Shown here: positions 55,211-64,000 of the stretch, one piece after another
How the letters are laid out: each line of letters opens with the position of its first letter
How positions within the stretch are numbered: the first letter of the stretch is position 1
Assembly (NCBI RefSeq): GCF_009914755.1
Contig: NC_060936.1
Source: the human T2T-CHM13v2.0 reference genome, Homo sapiens
Length of the DNA: 64,000 nt
Direction: 5' to 3' (one strand)
Position numbers and translations under genes: made by a program
The notes under the pieces: generated by a model
Databases searched by the model: none
Seen by the model: the letters and a program-made list of their open reading frames with translations, nothing else
What the model was told of the DNA's origin: nothing

Positions 55211-56177
55211 TGTGGGGAAAAGCAAGAGAGATCAGATTGCTACTGTGTCTGTATAGAAAGAAGTAGACATAGGAGACTCCATTTTGTTCTGTACTAAGAA
55301 AAATTCTTCTGTCTTGAGATTCTGTTAATCTATGACCTTACCCCCAACCCCCTGCTCTCTGAAACATGTGCTGTGTCAACTCAGGGTTAACTGGATTAAG
55401 GGTGGTGCAAGATGTGCTTTGTTAAACAGATGCTTGAAGGCAGCATGCTCCTTAAGAGTCATCACCACTCCCTAATCTCAAGTACCCAGGGACACAAACA
55501 CTGCGGAAGGCCGCAGGGTCCTCTGCCTAGGAAAGCCAGGTATTGTCCAAGGTTTCTCCCCATGTGATAGTCTGAAATATGGCCTCGTGGGAGGGAAAGA
55601 CCTGACCGTCCCCCAGCCTGACACCCGTAAAGGGTCTGTGCTGAGGAGGATTAGTATAAGAGGAAGGCATGCCTCTTGCAGTTGAGACAAGAGGAAGGCA
55701 TCTGTCTCCTGCCCGTCCCTGGGCAATGGAATGTCTCGGTATAAAACCCGATTGTACGTTCCATCTACTGAGATAGGGAAAAACCGCCTTCGGGCTGGAG
55801 GTGGGACATGCGGGCAGCAATACTGCTTTGTAAAGCATTGAGATGTTTATGTGTATGCATATCTAAAAGCACAGCACTTGATTCTTTACCTTGTCTATGA
55901 TGCAAAGACCTTTGTTCACGTGTTTGTCTGCTGACCCTTTCCCCACTATTGTCTTGTGACCCTGACACATCCCCCTCTCGGAGAAACACCCACGAATGAT
56001 GAATAAATACTAAGGGAACTCAGAGGCTGGCGGGATCCTCCATATGCTGAATGCTGGTTCCCCGGGTCCCCTTATTTCTTTCTCTATACTTTGTCTCTGT
56101 GTCTTTTTCTTTTCCAAGTCTCTCGTTCCACCTTACGAGAAACACCCACAGGTGTGGAGGGGCAACCCACCCCTTCA
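55211..56177 (+). mobile_element. HERV-K (HML-2) solo LTR, LTR5_Hs-type, full length (967 bp)
   Basis: TGTGGGGAAAAGCAAGAGAGATCAGATT...GGGCAACCCACCCCTTCA; perfect 6-bp TSD AGTTAC (55205-10 / 56178-83); TATAAAA 55740-46; AATAAA 56002-07. Confidence 0.95.
55900..55916 (+). promoter_or_regulatory. OCT4 octamer-like ATGCAAAG with adjacent SOX-like CTTTGTT in the LTR5 element
   Basis: Motif at LTR position about 690, where LTR5_Hs is known to carry an OCT4 site. Confidence 0.6.
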
Positions 56178-56314
56178 AGTTACCACCCCAGTTATTCTTA
56201 TAATGGTGATAGCTCGAAACACACTGTTGCTAGAACTCTTCAAGCAGAAATGTATGTGGTTCAATGACAAGATTGATCCTGTTGATTTAGCAAACATTTC
56301 ATCCTTCAGTCATC

Positions 56315-57425
56315 CGGAATTCATTAATTCATTCAACAAGCATTTATTGAGTGCCTATTAGGTGCCAAGCATATTTTTAAGAGCTGTGAACAAGACTGCC
56401 AAGCTTTCTCCTCTCATGGAACTCACATTCTCGAGAAGAAAACAGACAATAAATAGAAAAGCAATAAATTGGATCATTTCAATGTTATAAGCACACTGAA
56501 GTCTATGAACAGGGTGATGGGACAGAGTAATAAAGGCAGGGAGGAAGAGCGACTTTAGATACTGTGAAGCCTGTCTGGAAAAGGTGGTATTTAAGCTCCA
56601 TGTGAAATCTGGTAGAAGAACATGTGGGCATACAGAAGAGCAATGTAAAGGTGTTGAGGTAGAAAGAATTGGAATGTTCTAAGAAAATCAGGGTGTCAGT
56701 CTGGTGGGACCATGGAAACAAAGAATGGAGAGTAGAGGGAGATGTAGTCAGAGAGAGGACAGGCACCAGATCAAATGGGTTTTTATATGATAATAGCTAA
56801 TGTTTATTTAGCACTTACTTTGTGTCAGATGCTATTCCAAGTAATTTTTATGGGTTAGTTATTCAATCATTATGCAACCCTATAATTAAATACTATTATT
56901 ATTCCCACTCTTCAGATGAGGGCACTGAGGCCCAGAGAGGCTACATAACTTTTCCAAGGAGCTCTAGTTGTTAAGGGGTGGAACGTAGATTTGAACCCAG
57001 GCAATTTGGCTTCAGAGTCTCGGTTCATAACCACTTTGTCATAGGACCATCTTGTGATTAGATGTTATTGCAAGATCAATAAGATATCAATGAAGGGCTT
57101 TAAGCAGAGGTGACAGGACTTGTTTTGTATTGTTGAGATGATCACCCTAGCTGCTGCATGGAGCAAAAAGGGAGGCAGAGAAACCAGATGGAGGCCATTA
57201 TGGAATTCCAGCTGAGAGAAAGTCATGGTGTGGATGAGGGAGGTAGAGGTGAAACAGACAGAAATAGACACTGTTAGGATACCTTTTTGAAGCAGAGCTG
57301 TAGGGGTTTGCTGACACCTTGGATGTGGAGGTGAGGGGAGGGGAGGAACTCAGGCTCACTGCTAGGTTTTTTACTTGAGCCATGTGTCAAGTGGAGAAGA
57401 CATCTAGTGAGTTGGGGGAAGAACA
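56315..57425 (-). mobile_element. L2 LINE fragment with nested MIR (about 56790-57040)
   Basis: 'ttcattcaacaagcatttattgagtgcctatt...gggctttaagcagagg...gatcaccctagctgctg'. Confidence 0.75.
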
Positions 57426-57449
57426 GGGTGTAGAGGGGATATGTGTTGA

Positions 57450-57879
<430 letters not shown>

Positions 57880-58173
57880 TCAGGTAATCCTTTCCTGGAA
57901 TGCGAATCTGAAGAAGGACAAAATTCAGTCCCTCCAGGAGCTCCTAACAAGTTTTTTCTTTTGCAAGGCATTTGCTGTGCTTCCTAGTTCCAAGTCCAGG
58001 ACTCCAGCCTGCCATCAATTCTGCGAGTCCCAAAGCCTTCCAGCACATTCTGCCTGCCTAAGTTAGCCAGTGCCAGTTCTTCTTGCTTGTAAGCAAAGAA
58101 AGTACAGGTTGGGGATAGGATAGGGTAGAGGTGTGATGCTCATAATCAAGAGATACATTTTGGACAGGGTAAG

Positions 58174-58528
58174 TGTATTAGTCTGTTTTCACGCTGCTGA
58201 TAAAGACATATCCGAGGCTGGGAAGAAAAAGAGGTTTAATTGGACTTACAGTTCCACATGGCTGGGGAGGCCTCAGAATCATGGTGGGAGGTGAAATGCA
58301 CTTCTTGCGTGGTGGCGGCAAGAGAAAATGGGGAAGATGTAAAAGCGGAAACCCCTGATAAAACCATCAGATCTCGTGAGACTTATTCACTACCATGAGA
58401 ACAGTATGGGGGAAACCACCCCCATGATCAAATTATCTCCCACTGGGTCCCTCCCACAACATGTGGGAATTATGGGAGTACAATTCAAGATGAGATTTGT
58501 GTGGGGACAACAGAGCCAAACCATATCA
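58174..58528 (-). mobile_element. THE1 (THE1C-like) MaLR solo LTR
   Basis: 'tgtattagtctgttttcacgctgctgataaagacata...ccaaaccatatca'; 5-bp TSD GTAAG/GTGAG (one mismatch). Confidence 0.92.
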
Positions 58529-58654
58529 GTGAGATTAAGATGCCCATAAGACGAGTCAAGGAAGCTGTTTGATATATGAACCTATAGTTCAGGGGTGAGG
58601 TCTGGACCAGAAAGAAAGAAATTTGGAAATCTTCAGCATATACATAGTATAGTT

Positions 58655-59225
58655 CTGTGTGGGAAAATATGCCATATCTTTTGCTAAAAGGATCCTGATT
58701 TTCTTTCGGGGAAATATCCCTCCTTCTTGGCTAAGAATCATGACAGGCTGTTAATCAAAGTTCCAGATTCTCCTCTAGCCAAGAAGTAAGGAGAAGTCTC
58801 AGGCCTGAACAGTCAGCACAAGCCATTTACCCAGTCGTAGTGATTATTCAGGGCTATGCAGATAACCCAGATCATTTCAATAAGAATTAGCCAAAGGACT
58901 TTTAGTGGAACAATAAGGAAGGAAAAGTTGTTCTTTACAGAAGAATTGCTAAACTGGTACAGTGCAAGCTTGGAGCTACCAGAGCCTTTTTTTTTTTTAA
59001 ACCACCTTGGGACTGTAGCCTAATAAGAATGAGACCAACACAACACAACAGGAAAAAAGACCCAAGTAACAGAGGGAGAGAGGCCACGTGCTGATGCAGC
59101 ATTGAGGCCCATGAGGCTGTCAGTCCTGGAGCTAACATCACAATTACATGAATCAATGAATTCCCATTTTTGCTTCAGAGTTGAGTTAGTTTCTGCTACT
59201 TGTAACCAAGTGGGTTCTGACAAGT
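58655..59225. mobile_element. Old MLT1-type LTR
   Basis: Ends 'gttgagttagtttctgctacttgtaaccaagtgggttctgacaagtaca'. Confidence 0.5.
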
Positions 59226-59577
59226 ACAAATGGCATTTAAATGAGTAAGATCACACAGGAGGAAAATGTAGCTAGGACTGAGCTGCAAAACACTAATAAT
59301 TAAAGCTCCAGTAGAGGAGGAGGAGCCAGCATTTTGGTTAGATTGTTTCTTGTCTTTGATGACAATTGGGACCAGAAAGGTAATGCAATGTATTGTATCG
59401 CTGAAAGAAAGAGAATCTGTTAGCAGAGTATCGCAAATTTTGTTTAGCTGTCTGATAGGTACAAAAAGGGCCTTATGTTTGCAAATTCCCAATATAAAAA
59501 ATTCGCTTGTAGCTTAGTGTTGGCACGTTATTCCTGTGTTTAAAAGTCAGTACCTCATTGCTGAAGAGCACCATTGC

Positions 59578-59588
59578 TGCTGAGTCAT
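59578..59588 (-). promoter_or_regulatory. Perfect NF-E2/NRF2-sMAF element (ATGACTCAGCA)
   Basis: TGCTGAGTCAT on the + strand in apparently unique sequence. Confidence 0.35.
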
Positions 59589-60414
59589 GCCATCCAAGAC
59601 AACTATGGCTACCTGCCTTTTCTTGGCACCCAGCATTCCGAGATGCTGGAATTCAGTGATTTTGGCGAAGACAAGTCAGACATGTGCGGACTGTTGGTAA
59701 ATATGCACCAGCCCTTTGTGGCTTGACTGCCCAAAGTCAGGGAAGAGCTTGGACTCGATCTCTGCTGGCCCCTGAATTCATTTTGGATGAGGCAGGTTGG
59801 TGTGTGCTAACCAGGGTCCCCGTTCCTAACAATAGCCAGACTGGCATCGTTGGCTTCAAAATGGATTGTTCTGGCTCCCAAGTCAAAAGCGGCTCTGCAC
59901 AAAACTAATATTTTGAGCAAATTGTACAGAGTTGTGCGCAGTGGAATGATGAGTTTTACCCAATAGGGAGTGCTGAGACAGCCAAATGGTGGCTCTGAAG
60001 TGAGTGCCAGGAAGCTGGTCTTGGGGATGGGAGCAGAGTCATCATAGAAATGGATGAATGGCAGGGACTGCAGAAACAATCAAGTAAGAGTCTGCAATTA
60101 GAGGAAAGAGTTTGCTCTTTTAGCCAGACACAAGAAGACAAAGGGAAACTCTTCCTTTTGCCACACAGGAAAGAAAATGTGGATTTCAAGTTGTTTTATT
60201 CTGGGTTAGTAGGCTCTGAGAAGCACTTAGAGCCATCCAGCCAGCCCATGCTTTGAAAAACTATCATCATTGACTCTGTGAACACAAGGCTCATTGATAA
60301 ACAGCACAATGATGCTCTTAAGTACTCAGGCACTGGAGCCAGACTGCCTGGCTCACCACTTCCTTCCTTAATGTTCCTGCGCCTCAGTTTCCTCACCTAT
60401 GAAATGAGGATGAC

Positions 60415-60745
60415 CATGAACGTGGGAAGCATTATGTTAATGAAATAAGCCAAACACAAAAGGGCCAATACCGCACGATTCCACTTATATGAGGTGCCTA
60501 GAATAGGCAAATTCCCACAGACAGAAAGTGGAATAGTGGTTACCAGGGGCTGGGGGGAAGAGGGGGAGAATGGAGTTATTGTTTAATGAGTATAGAGTTT
60601 CTGTTTGGGATGTGGAGAAAGTTCTGGCAGTGGATACTGGTGACGGCTACACGACATTGTGAATGCATTTAATGGCACTGAACTGTAGACTTCAAAATGG
60701 ATAAAATGGTAAATTTTGTGTTGTATATATTTTACAATTTTCAAA
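60415..60745 (+). mobile_element. L1MB-like 3' end, preceded by a MIR (about 60300-60415)
   Basis: 'gattccacttatatgaggtgcctagaataggcaaattc...gtttctgtttggga...atggtaaattttgtgttg'. Confidence 0.85.
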
Positions 60746-60878
60746 TTAAGTTTGTTGCTACAAACAAAAAATTGACCTAAGAAGTCATAGACAAAAGAAT
60801 TAGTGCTGTGCGACTTCAGTACATAAAGTACAAAAAAATGGCAAAAATCCTCATTGGTGTTGGATTTTAGGATAGTGT

Positions 60879-61599
60879 TGTAACTGCCTGAGGGGTTCTT
60901 CCTGTGACCGCACAAAGAAAAACCATGGCATTACATTAAAGAAAGAGTTTTATAGACACAAGGCCGGCCATGCCACGTGGGGACCAATTTAGTACTGAAA
61001 TAATTCTCTTCCAAAGCTCCTAGGTTAAGAGTTTTTCAAAGGCAGTTCGGGGGAAGTGATGGGGGTGATTAGGCCTGCTGCTGATTGGTTGGGGCAGAGA
61101 TGAAATCATAGGGGGTCAACGCTGTCCTCCTGTGCACTGAATTGTTTCTGGGTGGGGCCACAGGAGTGGGGTTGAGGGTCCAAGTGGAGCCATCAGGTCA
61201 AGGTGAAGCCATGGGTGTCAGACATGCAACAAAACCTGAAAAGATATCTCAAAAAGCCAACCTACAACAGAGATGTTATCTGCAGGAATCACTGGGGAAG
61301 CTGCATCTCCTATAACCTCTGGAATAATGACTAAACAATCCTTCATGTCTATACCTTAGCAAGAGACTCAGGCTCTTCTCCTTCCCCTAGCCTGGAGGCC
61401 TCCCCTTAGCTTTAGAAAAGCAATTGAGTTTGAGGGAAGGCCTATTATCATTTAAATTTACCCAAATGTCCCTCAAACTCAGCTCAGCCCCAAAGCCCAG
61501 GAATAATTAAGGGAAAGGCAAGATGGGGGTGGGGCGAGGGTAGCCCAGCTCACTGTTACAATTTTTCTTACTGATATAATTTTTGCAAAGGCGGTTTCA
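60879..61599 (-). mobile_element. ERV1 solo LTR, LTR8/LTR26-family
   Basis: Reverse complement begins TGAAACCGCCTTTGCAAAAATTAT and ends ...GGCAGTTACA; 4-bp TSD GTGT (60875-78 / 61600-03). Confidence 0.8.
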
Positions 61600-62096
61600 G
61601 TGTTGGTGTTGGATATCAACACCACTGAGGGTGGTGGAGACTGGAAAGGGAGTCTTAGGTGGCTGGTCATGTTTTCTTTCCTGATCTGCAGGCTGATTGC
61701 CTGAGTGTGTTGCCTTTGTGAAAATTATTGAACTGTCATTTATATGTGCACTTTATGTATATTAGACTTCAATGAAAAGCACCCCCCACCTCTACAAAAG
61801 ACAATATTATCCTCCTCAGAGGGCTATTTTAGTATTCAGTGAATTAGTGCAGATAACAAACTTAGAACAGTATCCGGCATATAAGGGCCTCCTAAGTCAT
61901 TTCCAGCAGTGTTAAAAAAACAAAAGAAAAGCTTTCCTCCAGAAAGCTTTGTGGACTCACCCCTGCGGTTGAGATGCCAATCATTCCCTTCTTATCCACA
62001 CTTCCTGTGCTTTGAGATACTTTGTATTTGCTCCTCCAAATTCTCCTCCCTGCCACCACCACCCCAGACCCCAGCCCCGGCTTGGCTGTGTCCCTT

Positions 62097-62803
62097 TGTT
62101 AGAGTAGGTAGTTAGGCAGACATAAGCAGCGAAGGAGAGGGGCCTCTTAGCCCAGAAATGTCAGGCAACCATCAGGTGATGGTAGGGCTGTTGTTAAACT
62201 GTCTCTCTAAAATAATAATTGGGGTCAGCTGGCACCAGGGAAAGCTACTCTAACAATAGACAGAAAACACCTGAAGCTGGTGATTAGCAACTTCCAGATA
62301 AGATCTCAGGAGCTGGATGAGCAGGCTCAAGCATGTGCATTAATTAAGATGCAAAATGGTGGAGTTTAACTGGTATATGACCTTCCTCCAGGAACGCTCA
62401 ACTTGTAAGGGAAAAATGCCTCAAGTGAACATGCGCACAACTTCCGTAAACACACTGTGCAGTGATCCTTCCCAAGCGCTGGCAGGCCACTGTGCGTGAG
62501 GATAGCCCACCCCAAGGGAAGAATCAAGGGAGGAGAAACAGAAACCCAGGAACCACGCCAATGGAGAAAACCCCAAGTCAAGGATCAAATAGGGCACTTG
62601 GATCTCTCAAGTTGCCCGCTCGGCCCTCTTCCAAGTGTACTTTGCTTCCTTTCTTTCCTTCCTGCTCTAAAACTTTTTAATAAACTTTTAATTCTGCTCT
62701 AAAACTTGTTTCTCACTGCCTTATGCCCTTTGGGTGAATTCTTTCCTTCGAGGAGGGAAGGATCAAGTTTACTGCAGGCCTGTCGGATTCACTGCTGGTA
62801 ACA
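62097..62803 (+). mobile_element. ERV1 solo LTR, MER50-like, nested in an older ERVL LTR (about 62000-63056)
   Basis: TGTTAGAGTAGGTAGTTAGGCAGACAT...AATAAA...GCTGGTAACA; 4-bp TSD CCTT (62093-96 / 62804-07). Confidence 0.82.
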
Positions 62804-63087
62804 CCTTTATTAAAGGTTGCAGGTCCTGTCCAGCAGGCCCCTCCACTTGGCTCTCTCCCCAGGTTCTGGTAACTGCCTCTTTTGGCCCAGGGGTAATAAT
62901 GGTCCCCTGCAGTTAATCCCCAAGGATACTGTACTACTATCCCTTGTGGTTTCTTGTGGTTTTCTTATGCCCAGATCTTTATAAATCACTTCTTATTAAA
63001 ATCTTCTCCAGTTTTCCCAATTGCAGTGTATTATTAACTTCTGGGACCTGACTGATATCTACCCGCTTAGAAAAGCTATCGAAAGCA

Positions 63088-63420
<333 letters not shown>

Positions 63421-63766
63421 CTACGGGACCTCAATCAGTCAGATAACTGCTGACTAGGGCGGACACAAGCAGCTGACCACGCTGAACCAATCAGAATCAT
63501 AGAAACAGAGGGATTGAACCAGTGGAGAACCACAGAACTATAAGATCATGCACAGGTAGAGCCAGGGTTGGGGCCATGGCAGCCCAAAGGCACCAGCAAG
63601 CGGAAGCTACTGTAGGGCAGTTGAAAAAAATTGGTCTGTGGGGAAAAAGGAACACATGCAAAGTATCATTTATTCATGTTTTAAATGCATTAATATATTC
63701 AAAAATGTGTTCTAACAATATGCAATCAAATGTAAAATCATCTAATGTGGTCTTCCCAGTTATTAA

Positions 63767-64000
<234 letters not shown>

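Noticed and set aside
55478-55989. Antisense ORFs within the HERV-K LTR
   Set aside because: Incidental frames in LTR sequence; no gag/pol/env or primer-binding site follows the LTR, so it is a solo LTR and not a provirus

Overview
Repeat-dense hominoid (human-like) genomic DNA, judged from AluY and a HERV-K HML-2 LTR5_Hs-type solo LTR. I recognise no multi-exon protein-coding gene and no CpG island. Most of the window is Alu, L1, L2, MIR, MaLR/ERV1/ERVL solo LTRs and hAT DNA-transposon relics, and most ORFs in the six-frame track are repeat-derived artefacts. The exception is an intronless, L1-mediated retrocopy of DPPA3/STELLA (16007-17100, 13-bp TSD) whose 162-codon ORF is fully open. It keeps the UHRF1-binding VRT segment, the NES-like segment and the CxCxxC tail, yet is only about 75% identical to human DPPA3 as I recall it, with an apparent excess of amino-acid-changing substitutions. 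This makes it a candidate functional retrogene rather than a dead pseudogene. An intact LTR5_Hs-type LTR with its OCT4 octamer lies about 38 kb downstream; this LTR class acts as an enhancer in naive pluripotent and primordial germ cells. Other items are a Y1 RNA pseudogene, a perfect 20-bp RFX X-box palindrome, a perfect NRF2/NF-E2 element, nested solo LTRs with clean TSDs and several local duplications. Repeat subfamily names and comparisons with parental genes come from memory, not searches. Boundaries of old repeats are approximate.
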